Shown: positions 20,771 to 30,978 of the stretch, one piece after another
Layout: each line of letters opens with the position of its first letter
How positions within the stretch are numbered: position 1 is the stretch's first letter
Source of the DNA: an uncultured Verrucomicrobiae bacterium
Lineage (GTDB): Bacteria; Verrucomicrobiota; Verrucomicrobiia; Chthoniobacterales; JAFAMB01
Direction: 5' to 3'
Length of the DNA: 64,000 nucleotides
NCBI GenBank assembly: GCA_963813025.1
Contig: CAWEXO010000013.1
Span: forward strand, 690,315-754,314
Notes under the pieces: generated by a model
Database searches by the model: none
Told to the model about the DNA's origin: nothing
The model's input: only the letters and a program-made list of their open reading frames with translations
Program-made: the position numbers and the translations under genes

Positions 20771-21727
20771 ATGTTGGACGCGAAAATTCCGGATGGCCCG
20801 CTGGAGGACAAGTGGAATCGCTATCGATCGACGGCCAAGCTGGTCAGTCCGACTAACCGGAAGAGATTTCGGATCGCAGTTGTCGGAACAGGTTTGGCGG
20901 GTAGTTCGCTCGCTGCGTCCCTGGGAGAGCTGGGTTATGCAGTCGTCAGCTGGGGACAATGGGCTGTGGCGGCGATCGTGCCGGGCTTAGTCAGCCTGAT
21001 TCTGATGCCGCTCGTGCTTTACAAAGTCTATCCCCCTGAGATCAAAGAAACTCCTGCCGCGAGTGCATTGGCAAAACAAAAACTCGCGGAAATGGGCAGC
21101 GTGCGCCCAGTCGAATGGATCATGCTGGCCGTGCTTTTTTTGTTATTGTTCTTATGGATCATGGGCGATCGGATCGCAAAGATCGACAGCGCGACGACCG
21201 CGCTCGTGGAGCTGGGCGTGTTGCTGATCGCGGGTGTCCTCGCTTGGAAGGACATTCTGCGGGAGGAAGGGGCCTGGGATACACTGGTCTGGTTCGCCGC
21301 ACTGGTCATGATGGCTACTTTTCTCAATGAATTTGGCCTGATTCCGTGGTTTACCAAGCACGTGCAGGGAATGGTTGGCGGCATCAGCTGGAACATCGCT
21401 TTTCCGGCGCTGTGTCTCGCGTATTTTTACAGTCACTATTTCTTTGCGAGTCAAACTGCCCACGTTAGCTCGATTTACGCTGCGTTTCTGTCCGTGGCGG
21501 TCGCTGTGGGCACGCCGCCTGTGTTAGCCGCTCTGGTACTTGGTTTTTGCAGCAATCTATTCAGCAGCCTTACCCATTACGGAACCGGGCCGGCGCCGGT
21601 GTTATTTGGTTCGGGCTACGTCGAGCTTGGCACCTGGTGGAAGTTAGGCGCGCTTGCCAGTGTCATAAACATTTTGATCTGGTTCATTGTTGGCGGCCTT
21701 TGGTGGAAATTGCTCGCGCTTTGGTAA
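20771..21727 (+). pseudogene. Chimeric ORF: N-terminal about 59 aa of SdhA fused in frame to the C-terminal half of a DASS-family dicarboxylate transporter
   Basis: MLDAKIPDGPLEDKW...VVGTGLAGSSLAASLGELGYAV (Bacteroides-type SdhA) is followed by SWGQWAVAAIVPG..YPPEIK..AWDTLVWF..HYFFASQTAH..THYGTGPAPV (CitT/YbhI-like). Confidence 0.85.
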
Positions 21728-21730
21728 ACT

Positions 21731-22792
21731 GTGAATTGCTCCCCAAAATCTGGACAGGTTCGCTAAGATCGAAAAAAGACCTGGAGATGAAGGGCAAGAA
21801 AGCTGGCGTGAGGCGCCGCCGACAGCATAGCGCGACCCTAAAGGCACAAGGGGCCCTGGAGGCCATTCAAGAACGTCGGACCCTCAACGAGATCGCCTCT
21901 GAATACGGCGTGCACCCGACGCAAGTTTCGGCGTGGAAACGCCAAGCGGTCGAAAGCCTGAGCGGGTTTTTCGACGGGGAGATTCGGGTGGGCGACCAGG
22001 AATTCAGACGTCAGGAGAGCGAATTGTTCGAGCAGATTGGACGGCTCAAAATGGAACTGGAGTGGCTTAAAAAAAACTACGGGGCTTTACGCTCCAGCAG
22101 CGGCGGCAGCTGATCGGTCCAGCCGCCAAAATGAGCCTCGTGCAGCAATGCGCCCTTGCTCGGGGTGGCCCGCAGCAGCTGGTATTACCAAGCGCAGGAA
22201 GAGAGTAGCGCTAATCTGGTGCTGATGAGCGCCCTGGACCGACTCTATCTATACCCGCTGGCCCTTTTACGGGGTACGCCGGATGACCCTTGCGTTGCAC
22301 GACCAGGGTTGGTCCGTCAACCACAAGCGAACCCGCCGCTTGATGCGCCTCATGGGACTGGAAGCCGTTTATCCCAGGCCTCGCCTGAGCTCCAACGGCG
22401 GCGCACACCTGCGTTTTCCCTATCTGCTCAAAGGCCTGCTCATCGAGCACCGCAATCAGGTCTGGTGTAGCGACATCACTTACATCGGGTTAGCCGAAGG
22501 CTTTGTTTATCTTTTCGCCTTAATGGACTGTTACGAGGAGGTCTATTTGCGTGAGTACGACTCCGTCACCGAGGCCTGGCGGAGTATCGGTCGCTACTTC
22601 TCCTTCTACAACGATCAGCGGCCGCACAGCAGTCTTGCCAATCGGTCGCCTGCTGCCGTATATAACAGAATCCCTACAAAACTCCGACAAAAGGTCGCGC
22701 GGAAGAATCGGCTGGTTTTCCCCGCTCCTTTTGAAGGAAATTTATAGCTAACAAACCCATCGAACCTGTCCAGACGATGGGGAGCACCTGAC
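21731..22792 (+). mobile_element. IS3-family insertion sequence, internally deleted (non-autonomous)
   Basis: IRs TGCTCCCCAAAATCTGGACAGGTTCG (21737-21762) and CGAACCTGTCCAGACGATGGGGAGCA (22761-22786). orfA 21787-22113 has an HTH. Slippery A8C at 22069-22077. orfB has WCSDITYI and YNDQRPHSSL but lacks the central D/E region. Confidence 0.9.
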
Positions 22793-22934
22793 TTCCAGCG
22801 CGCGTTGCCTTCACGTAACTGCGGATTTCAGGACGCTCGACATCCTCCCGTGTTATCGTCCACGGCGCGTGTTTTGTGACTTGACGCGCCGAAGAGCTCG
22901 TTTCTGATCATTGTTCGTACAACAGTCACTCCCA

Positions 22935-23500
22935 AGTATTGTGCCCAGGAGATATATCCCGCATGGTAATCCTTTAGCAAGACTTGCCAATTTTCCATCG
23001 CCACTCTGTGGCCTGCATGTTTTCGGGAACGACCCTCTACGACTACGGTTTGACATCGAGTCCGGCCATAAGCGAAGGCCCCGGCGTAGGTTGGATTTTT
23101 AAGCATTCGCAACAAATGCTGATAGTTGGGCAGTCGCCATACCATTGGCCGCCCTGCCTCGCCAGCCCTGGCCACCGGAATGGTAATCTTTTCCGGGTGA
23201 TACCATAGGAGCAGCTGGCGCAACGTCCCAAAGCGTTCGAAATCGCTGAAGACGCGCCGCACCGCTTCCTGTACTTCGCGATCAGGCGTCATTTCGATGC
23301 GGTTTGAATGGCTGCGAACAAAGCCAACCGGTACGATGGTCAATACCTCACCCCGGAGCACCTTCTGTCGATAGGCTTCTTGAGCCCGCTCTCGGAGTAT
23401 GCCTAATTCAAATTCGCTCAGCGTGCCCTTCAATCCCAGCAGCAATCGATCGTTGAGCAGCCCTGGATCGTAGATGCCCTCCGCGCCCACAACAAGTGTC
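22935..23500 (-). pseudogene. Large serine recombinase (resolvase + recombinase domain) internal fragment
   Basis: GIYDP..NDRLLLGLKGTLSEFEL, PVGFV, LKNPTYAGAFAYGR, HAGYISW. No N-terminal catalytic Ser region and no C-terminus. Confidence 0.8.
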
Positions 23501-23781
23501 TGCGCAGCATGCACAAATCGATCAAATGGTGCCAGTCGCGGTTATTGTGAGCAAGCCGGGATGCTTCCATTGCCAATACGGCGCCCACTCGACCGTTTCG
23601 GGCATTGTGGAGCGTTTGTCTTGCTCAAAACCCACAAGCCAGTCCCGTCGAAGTAGAGCAGGCTCTACGTGAATACCGGCGGTAATATCCGATGTGGACG
23701 ACGGTAGTAGAGTGCAGATAAAGCCGTTCAAGTCGATCGTGACGTTGCTTCTCTCGACGTAATGGCAATCCGCCGATTTTG

Positions 23782-24399
23782 CTATCTGCCATTTGCGATC
23801 GCGGAGCGCTCTCCCCACAACGCGGAGCGATCAATGAGATAAGTTCGAGTGATCACGACACGTTCCACCGGGTTGGAATTTGTGTCAGTGGGGAGCCGGC
23901 TGATTTCATCGAGCGCGGGGAGTCCCGAGATTACATGACCGAAAACGGTGTCCTTCCGGTCTTGTTCCGGCATCGCGCGCAAGCAGATGTAAAACTGACT
24001 GCCGTTCGACCGCCGGTTCGGATTAACTGGATCGGCGAGCCGGCCCATCGCGATCGAGCCGCGGATGTGTGGGAGACGAATCTCTGCCGGCAGCGTGTAT
24101 CCTGGGCCGCCGGTGCCAACTGCATCCCGGTCTTTGTGCTTGCTGAGCGGGTCACCGCCCTGAACCAGGTAGTTTGGGATCACCCGATGGAGGGTTGTCT
24201 TGACGTAAAATTTATCGCGTACCAGTTTTTTAAAATTGTAGGCAGTGTAGGCCGCGGCAGTGGAATCGAGGGCCACGGCAAAGCTGCGGACATTTCTCTG
24301 TTTTCCCTTACCCCAGGCCAGGCCGAACACGGCGACTTCTTCGGCAGTGGAGATCCGGGCAAAGCCCGACAGAACGACGATAAGGAAGAACCACAGCAC
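23782..24399 (-). CDS. Peptidyl-prolyl cis-trans isomerase, cyclophilin type, with signal peptide
   Basis: HRVIPNYLVQGGDP, GGPGYTLPAE, GSIAMGR, SNGSQFYI, TVFGHV. Start is estimated (GTG 24399). Confidence 0.88.
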   Translation of the reverse strand: MLWFFLIVVLSGFARISTAEEVAVFGLAWGKGKQRNVRSFAVALDSTAAAYTAYNFKKLVRDKFYVKTTLHRVIPNYLVQGGDPLSKHKDRDAVGTGGPGYTLPAEIRLPHIRGSIAMGRLADPVNPNRRSNGSQFYICLRAMPEQDRKDTVFGHVISGLPALDEISRLPTDTNSNPVERVVITRTYLIDRSALWGERSAIANGR

Positions 24400-24553
24400 G
24401 GCGTAGCCGCAACCACGTCGTCCTCGTGCTCGTCGTCGTCCTCGAACATATCGGGCTGCCACCAGGTTGAAGTGAGAGCAGTCCTGTAGCGCGGACGGCC
24501 TCCTCCGTATTTGCGAGGTGACGCACGAGGCGCGTCTTACAAGAGGACGAGGA
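24400..24553. repeat. Cluster of short intergenic repeats (GGCGTAGCCGCAACC; TCGTCC/TCGTGC hexamer run; GTAG REP-like unit)
   Basis: The 15-mer at 24400-24414 recurs at 29205-29219. The hexamer run spans 24418-24444. GTAGCGCGGACGGCCTC lies at 24486-24502. Confidence 0.6.
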
Positions 24554-24742
24554 CAAAAAATCCTCGCCGCATGAAAATCCTCCCGAACTTGCGTGAAGTT
24601 CAACATCAGTATTACAAAAGGGGGAAGAAGCTGGGTCGTTTGCGCGGCGGAAACTCGGCGCTCAAGTTTCCCGCCTCTGTGGTGCTCAGTCTATCGGCCG
24701 AGATGTCGACCTCGTGGTTGCTTTTGAAATTTTCTTTCATGA

Positions 24743-25612
24743 TCAAGAAAACGGAAGATCGCAGATTTCGACTTCGCCCGGTTCTACTGGTTCCCCGGGA
24801 GGTCTCAACGAGCACCGGGTTCCGGGTTGCTCGTACCCACGGCGGACAAAGGCTAAACCGATCCTCTTGCCGAGTCTCTGGCTGCAGATCGTGCTCGTGA
24901 CCTGGCCAATGCTTTTCTGCGCCATGTCGAGCAACGTGGACCCAATCGGGAGCGTTTCGCCTTTCGTTAACCGCACGCCGCGCAGATGCCGATTGACGTG
25001 GCCGATGCTGCGTATCCGGCTGATGACTTCCTGGCCGAGGTAGCAGCCTTTGGTGTAGCTGATCGAGTCCTGATCCAGGCCGGCCTCTACGGGGATGACA
25101 TTGTCATTCAGTTCCTTGCCCCATTTGGGGATACCTCTTTCGATTCTGAGTTCCTCGACTTCGGCATCGCTGAGGACTGGCTGGTTGAGCACCTGCGGCA
25201 GGTCCAATTGGAGCGATTTCGGGATAAACAAATCGACGCCGGTCCGCCGAAAACGGTTAGAGGAGGCAACGCGCACCGCAGTTGGCAGTCGTTCACTTTC
25301 GAGCGGCGCCAGCACATGGAAAAGGTTGTAGTCCGGTGTATCGAGCGTGACATCATCCGCGATCATGTAGCGCTCCAGACGCGGCACGAGGGCTTCGGAG
25401 AGTACACGGTCCCAATCAAGAAGAATATCTTCGGACCAAGCCGTCACGAAGAGATCGCCGTTCAGCTTGCCTTTTGCGCTCAAGGCGCACGCATGAAGGG
25501 ATTGCCCCTCGGGCAGATTGAGGATGTCATTGGTCACCTGCCCGTTGAGAAAGCGGACTCGGTCGGTCCCGGAGAGCCGGTAGATATCTCTTTGAGCTAG
25601 ACGGATTAACAC
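24743..25612 (-). CDS. ygfZ: Folate-binding protein YgfZ/GcvT family
   Basis: GTDRVRFLNGQVTND and the signature KGCYLGQEVISR. Confidence 0.92.
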   Translation of the reverse strand: MLIRLAQRDIYRLSGTDRVRFLNGQVTNDILNLPEGQSLHACALSAKGKLNGDLFVTAWSEDILLDWDRVLSEALVPRLERYMIADDVTLDTPDYNLFHVLAPLESERLPTAVRVASSNRFRRTGVDLFIPKSLQLDLPQVLNQPVLSDAEVEELRIERGIPKWGKELNDNVIPVEAGLDQDSISYTKGCYLGQEVISRIRSIGHVNRHLRGVRLTKGETLPIGSTLLDMAQKSIGQVTSTICSQRLGKRIGLAFVRRGYEQPGTRCSLRPPGEPVEPGEVEICDLPFS

Positions 25613-25638
25613 GCTTTTCCGAAGACGGCCGTAAAGTT

Positions 25639-26907
25639 TCAGTGGAATTGAGCGGTCTCGGTCGAGTCTCGCAAAGCAGTCGTCGAGGATGAGCCACTCG
25701 AGATTACTCGGGAGACCTCATCAAAGTAGCCGGTCCCGACTTCCCGCTGATGCCGGGTTGCAGTGTAGCCCAGGGCCTCAGCGGCAAATTCCGCTTCCTG
25801 CAACTCCGCGTATGCCGACATCCCCTGCGCCTGGTATTCCTTGGCGAGCCGAAACATCGCATAATTTAGTGCGTGAAAACCCGCGAGCGTGATGAATTGA
25901 AACTTAAAACCCATCGCGCCAAGCTCGCGTTGAAACCTGGCGATCGTCGGCGGATCGAGTTTCTTTTTCCAGTTGAACGACGGCGAGCAATTATAGGCCA
26001 ACGGTTTGCCCGGGAATCTGGCATGGAGCGACTCCGCGAACTGACGGGCCTCCTCGAGGCTTGGCTCAGCCGTTTCACACCAGAGAAGATCGGCATACGG
26101 GGCGTACGCCAGACTGCGGGCGACGGCTTGGTCCAGACCGGCTCTAATTCGGAAAAAGCCCTCGCCGGTTCTTTCTCCGGTCAAGAAAGGGCGGTCGCGC
26201 TCATCGACATCATTCGTCAGCAGGCCGACGGAGTTGGCATCGGTCCGAGCAATGATAACTAACGGGACGCCAGAAACATCTGCAGCCAGTCGAGCGGCCA
26301 CGAGATGCCGAATCGCGTGTTCAGTCGGAATGAGCACCTTGCCGCCCATATGGCCACATTTCTTTTCGGAAGCAAGCTGGTCCTCAAGATGGAGACCGGC
26401 GGCACCGGCTTCGATAAGCGATTTTGCTAGTTCAAACACGTTCAAAGGTCCACCGAAACCGGCTTCGGCGTCCGCAACGATCGGGGCTAGCCAGTGAGTA
26501 CCGCGCTTTCCTTCCTGATGATCGATCTGATCGGCTCGCAACAGCGCGCAGTTGATCCGCCGGACAACAGCCGGAACACTATTGGAAGGATAAAGGCTTT
26601 GATCGGGGTACATGTCACCGGCCAGGTTGGCGTCGGCGGCAACCTGCCAGCCACTCAGATAAATCGCCTGGAGGCCAGCCTTCACCTGCTGAACTGCCTG
26701 GTTGCCGGTTAGTGCGCCCAAAGCCGGGATATAGAGTTCATCCTGGAGCAATCGCCACAGGCGTTCCGCACCGAGGCGGGCAAGGCTGTACTCGATTCGA
26801 ATTGAACCAGCGAGCCGTTCAACCTGTTCCGGGGTGTAGGGACGGGTAATCCCAACCCAACGGTTGGCATCGGCACTCAAAACCGTTTTCACTACGTTCT
26901 TTCGCAA
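25639..26907 (-). CDS. aceA: Isocitrate lyase
   Basis: [61 protein letters not shown]. Confidence 0.97.
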   Translation of the reverse strand: MRKNVVKTVLSADANRWVGITRPYTPEQVERLAGSIRIEYSLARLGAERLWRLLQDELYIPALGALTGNQAVQQVKAGLQAIYLSGWQVAADANLAGDMYPDQSLYPSNSVPAVVRRINCALLRADQIDHQEGKRGTHWLAPIVADAEAGFGGPLNVFELAKSLIEAGAAGLHLEDQLASEKKCGHMGGKVLIPTEHAIRHLVAARLAADVSGVPLVIIARTDANSVGLLTNDVDERDRPFLTGERTGEGFFRIRAGLDQAVARSLAYAPYADLLWCETAEPSLEEARQFAESLHARFPGKPLAYNCSPSFNWKKKLDPPTIARFQRELGAMGFKFQFITLAGFHALNYAMFRLAKEYQAQGMSAYAELQEAEFAAEALGYTATRHQREVGTGYFDEVSRVISSGSSSTTALRDSTETAQFH

Positions 26908-26925
26908 TTCGCGATCTGCCGTCCG

Positions 26926-27775
26926 TTATTGATTGTTTTTGATGATCTGAGCGACGACCGCGTAATCTTTGTCGTCCAACCCGAGCCTGTGCCCCTTGTC
27001 CAAGACCTGCTCCACTGCGCGCGTTGCCGGTAGCTCTACTCCGCACTGGGAGCCCAGGTCGAGCGCAAGACGGGAATCTTTCAGCATATTGCGTAAAGAA
27101 AAGGTCGGCTCAAAATCGCGCTCGATCATGCTCTTAAGTTTCAGGTCGCTTACCCCAGAGCGGCAGGCGTTCATTTCAACCGCTTCGGCGAATTTATGAG
27201 GGTCAACACCCGTCCCAATGACAATGGTCAGGGCTTCGGCCAAAGCTTCCACGATGGCTGCCGAAATCAGATTCGTCGCGATCTTCACCACGCTGGCATC
27301 GCCGAACTTGTTCAGATATAGGATCGTTTTGCTGCTGGCCTGCAGAACGGGCCGAACTCGATCGACGGCCGCCTTTTCACCAGCGACATAATAAACCAAC
27401 TGGCCGTTTGCTGCAGCGCCTTTGCTGCCGGTAAAGGGTGCATCAATTACTGCGGCGCCCGAGGAGCGGATTTCATCTTTTACCTTTTGGGCCGTGTTCG
27501 GTGATATTGTCGAATGCAGCGTGAGGAGATGCTGGCTGGTCAACGCTGGTCGGAGTTGTGTGACGGTTTCAAGCACGGCTGCATCATTCGAGACAAAAAT
27601 TTGGATCACCGTGCTCTTGCCGGCGAGTTCCGGCAGTGAGTCGACGAAGCCTTCTTCGTCCTTTTTTTGTGCGATTCCAGACATGAACATCAAAATCTTT
27701 CCGGCGGAGGTTTTGGGCGACCCTCGAGCCGATAATGCCGAGTCCGATGACACCCACTGTTTCATTCGCGCTCAT
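26926..27775 (-). CDS. NAD(P)-dependent beta-hydroxyacid dehydrogenase (HIBADH/GarR family); homopolymer frameshift near 27665
   Basis: The N-terminal VGVIGLGIIG..VWNRT is in ORF 27584-27775. It continues as DAPFTGSK, VKIATN, FSLRNMLKD. Confidence 0.88.
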
Positions 27776-28110
27776 AAAAATGTTTAGCGCGGAAAGTGCG
27801 TAGGCGAAAGGGCGAAAGGGGTCGAGTTAGTATCGCCACTCTTCCGATCACCGCTTCTGTGTTAAAGCGGTGGGCGAGGCCACCGAAACGACCCTCCAAC
27901 GCAAAAAGCCGGCAACACCGAAAAAGCTAAGCTGTCTCCGTCCCCTGACCTTCACCTGTCCCTCTGAGCGGCCCGGTCAGCGGAGGGAGCCAAGGGTATG
28001 GGTTCAGCGGAGGAGGTTATTTCCGAGAACTGGACGGGATCTTCTTCAGCAGTGTCTCCCAAAGCGGCTCTGTCCCCAAGTGGCTTCGGACCTGTCCCCG
28101 AGCGGCTTCA

Positions 28111-29076
28111 TCAAGGGCAATCGAGCGGCTTCAGGCCTGCCTCGATTTGGGCCCGGCGAGGCTCGAGGAATGGAGGGAGTGAAAGCCGAGTCCCGAGTGT
28201 GTCTTCGGTTTCGTCGGCCGCAAAACCGGGTCCGTCGGTCGCCAGCTCAAAAAGGATTCCGTTCGGTTCGCGAAAATAAAGGCTGCGAAAATAGAAACGA
28301 TCCACTTCGCCGCTGTTCGGAATGCGAAACTCGCGCAACCGCTCAGCCCAGGCATGATACCGCTTCTCGTCCGGTACGCGAAAAGCGACGTGATGCACTC
28401 CGCCCGCCCCTGGCCGGCCCTGGCCCAGGTCCGGGCGAATCCGCACATGTAACTCTGCCGCTGGCCCTTCCCTTTCCATTTGGTAGACATACACGGAGAA
28501 ACTGGGGACTTCGGGGTCGGGATACTGGCGAACGAGCTGCATATTCATCAAATCGGTCAGAATCCGCGCAGTCGGCGCGAGCTCTGCGACGGTGATAGTC
28601 ACGGGGCCGAGACCGATGATTTGATGCTCTGGCGGGATTGGGCTGCCTTCCCAGGTGTGGCGCGGATGTGCGGAAGGGTCAGCGACCAGCGACAGAGCCT
28701 GGCCTTCGAAATCGGCAAACTCGATGCTGAGCCGGTCGTCTACCTGACTCGGATTCGACTGCCGGACACCCTTGCTCCGGAAGTGGGAACGCCACCAATC
28801 CAGGCTCTCGGAGTCAGGCACTCTCAGTCCGATGCGCGAGATCGTGCTGTTTCCCGGTCTGTTGGCTACCGCAGATTCCCAATCAAAAAAAGTGAGATCG
28901 CTCCCCGGCGAACCCACGGCGTCGGCATAAAACAGATGATACGCGCTGACATCGTCCTGGTTGACCGTCTTTTTTACAAGACGCATTCCGAGAATGCCGG
29001 TGTAGAAAGCCAGGTTGTCCCGCGCCCGGGCAGTGATTGCGGTGACGTGATGGATACCGGTCAGAGCCAAATTCAT
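28111..29076 (-). CDS. Ring-cleaving dioxygenase, VOC/glyoxalase family (MhqO-like)
   Basis: GIHHVTAI, KKTVNQDD, YHLFY, GGVHHVAFR, DRFYFRSLYFREPNGILFELATDGPGF. Confidence 0.93.
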   Translation of the reverse strand: MNLALTGIHHVTAITARARDNLAFYTGILGMRLVKKTVNQDDVSAYHLFYADAVGSPGSDLTFFDWESAVANRPGNSTISRIGLRVPDSESLDWWRSHFRSKGVRQSNPSQVDDRLSIEFADFEGQALSLVADPSAHPRHTWEGSPIPPEHQIIGLGPVTITVAELAPTARILTDLMNMQLVRQYPDPEVPSFSVYVYQMEREGPAAELHVRIRPDLGQGRPGAGGVHHVAFRVPDEKRYHAWAERLREFRIPNSGEVDRFYFRSLYFREPNGILFELATDGPGFAADETEDTLGTRLSLPPFLEPRRAQIEAGLKPLDCP

Positions 29077-29326
29077 CGGAAAAGATAATCGATCCGCAAG
29101 TTACATAAAGCAGCGGTTTGGCCCTTGTTTGTTTGCCGATCATGTCTTTACTTTTGGGAACAGAAGCTGTTTAGGAGGTTGTTCTTCATCAACGCAAGGA
29201 ATGGGGCGTAGCCGCAACCCGATGTCGGTTTGCGCGTGGGGCCGTCCGGTCCGGTGAGCCGAATCAGGGCGGAGGGTCCCGGCGATGTTAAACAACTGGC
29301 AGCCTGACCCCTAAGGCTCAAAAACT

Positions 29327-29995
29327 ATGGATAGAAAGAATCGGCCACCCTGTTCTTCGGCGGCCAGCGATGATCACCGATCAACGCGGAGGCGTTTTCT
29401 CGGCCAGCTCGCGGCACTCTCGGCGGGGCTGACGGTCGCTCGGCCACTCACCGCCCGGGCAACCGACCCAGGTACAAGTACAGCAGACAGTGGCGGCGCC
29501 GCGCCGGTCAAACCGGCTTCGGGCACCATCAAGGTCGTACTGAAGGTTAATGGCGAAAGCTCTACGCTGCAGCTAGATCCCCGGGTGACCTTGTTGGACG
29601 CCTTGCGGGACCGGCTCGATCTTCCTGGGACCAAGAAAGGTTGCGATCACGGTGCTTGTGGAGCGTGTACGGTGTTGGTTGAAGGACGGCGGGTGTTGTC
29701 CTGTTTGACCTTGGCGGCCGTTGCTAACGGCAAAGGCATTACCACGATCGAAGGCTTGGCTCACGGCGAAGCACTTCATCCAGTACAAGCGGCATTTATC
29801 GCCTGTGACGGCTTTCAATGCGGCTATTGCACGCCTGGTCAGATTATGTCGGCGGTCGGATGCATCCAGGAAGGTCACACGCGTTCTGATGGCGAGATCC
29901 GCGAGTTCATGTCGGGGAATCTTTGCCGCTGCGGCGCCTATCCGAATATCGTTGAGGCGATCAAGGTTGCCGCGCCCAAAATGCAAGGAGCATAA
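29327..29995 (+). CDS. Aldehyde oxidoreductase 2Fe-2S subunit with Tat signal (PaoA/YagT-like)
   Basis: TRRRFLGQL Tat motif. GTKKGCDHGACGACTV, QCGYCTPGQ, GNLCRCGAY. Confidence 0.92.
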   Translation: MDRKNRPPCSSAASDDHRSTRRRFLGQLAALSAGLTVARPLTARATDPGTSTADSGGAAPVKPASGTIKVVLKVNGESSTLQLDPRVTLLDALRDRLDLPGTKKGCDHGACGACTVLVEGRRVLSCLTLAAVANGKGITTIEGLAHGEALHPVQAAFIACDGFQCGYCTPGQIMSAVGCIQEGHTRSDGEIREFMSGNLCRCGAYPNIVEAIKVAAPKMQGA

Positions 29996-29997
29996 AG

Positions 29998-30978
29998 ATG
30001 AGAAGCTTTGATTTTGCAGTAGCGACGCAACCAGCTGAAGCGGCTTCCGAGGCCGGCCAAGAGAGCGCGTTCATCGCCGGCGGAACGACGTTGGTCGATC
30101 TAATGAAGCTCGAGGTGATGACACCCGGCAAGGTTATCGATTTGAACGCGCTTCCGCTTCGCGGCATTGAACTCGACGAGACAGGGCTGCGGATCGGTGC
30201 ACTCGAGCGGATGAGCGACGTGGCGGCTCACCCGGCCGTGGCAACCAACTACCCAGTTATCTCAGACGCCCTGCTGAAGAGCGCTTCGGCGCAGATCCGC
30301 AATATGGCGAGCATAGGAGGAAACCTGCTGCAACGCACTCGCTGCAGCTATTTCCGCGATGTCCATAGCCCATGTAACAAGCGAGATCCGGGAAGCGGAT
30401 GCCCGGCAATTGAAGGAGACAATCGCATGCTGGCGATTCTCGGCACGAGTAAAGCCTGTGTGGCATCTCACCCCAGTGACCTGGCAGTGGCGTTAGTGGC
30501 TCTCGGTGCATCGTTGGAACTCCGGAGCGCCGAAGGGACAAGGACCCTGAAGCTGAACGATTTTTATTTGCTTCCTGGCGAAACGCCTCACCTCGAGAAC
30601 AAATTGGAACCGGGCGAAATCATCGCGAAGATCATCGTTCCGCTTCTTCCCTGGGCGCGAAGATCTGCTTACTTAAAAATTCGGGACCGCGACTCCTATC
30701 AATTTGCGTTAACCTCGGCGGCCGTGGCTTTGGACATCGCGGCCGACGGCACGATCAGAGACGCAAGAGTCGCGGTTGGCGGAGTAGGAACCAAGCCTTG
30801 GGCCTTGCCCGCAGTCGAACATGCTTTGGCTGGCCAACCGAACAGACAAGACACCTTCGAGACCGCGGCCAAGCTGGCGGCTGCTGGCGCCCGACCTTTG
30901 AGCATGAATAGCTTCAAAGTTGAACTGGTTCAGCGAACGCTTGTTCGCGCCCTGATGCAGGTAGGAGGATTGGTATGA
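29998..30978 (+). CDS. Aldehyde oxidoreductase FAD subunit (PaoB/YagS-like)
   Basis: AGGTTLVDLMK, QIRNMASIGGNLLQRTRC, the Cys insert CNKRDPGSGC..C, HPSDLAVAL. Confidence 0.93.
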   Translation: MRSFDFAVATQPAEAASEAGQESAFIAGGTTLVDLMKLEVMTPGKVIDLNALPLRGIELDETGLRIGALERMSDVAAHPAVATNYPVISDALLKSASAQIRNMASIGGNLLQRTRCSYFRDVHSPCNKRDPGSGCPAIEGDNRMLAILGTSKACVASHPSDLAVALVALGASLELRSAEGTRTLKLNDFYLLPGETPHLENKLEPGEIIAKIIVPLLPWARRSAYLKIRDRDSYQFALTSAAVALDIAADGTIRDARVAVGGVGTKPWALPAVEHALAGQPNRQDTFETAAKLAAAGARPLSMNSFKVELVQRTLVRALMQVGGLV

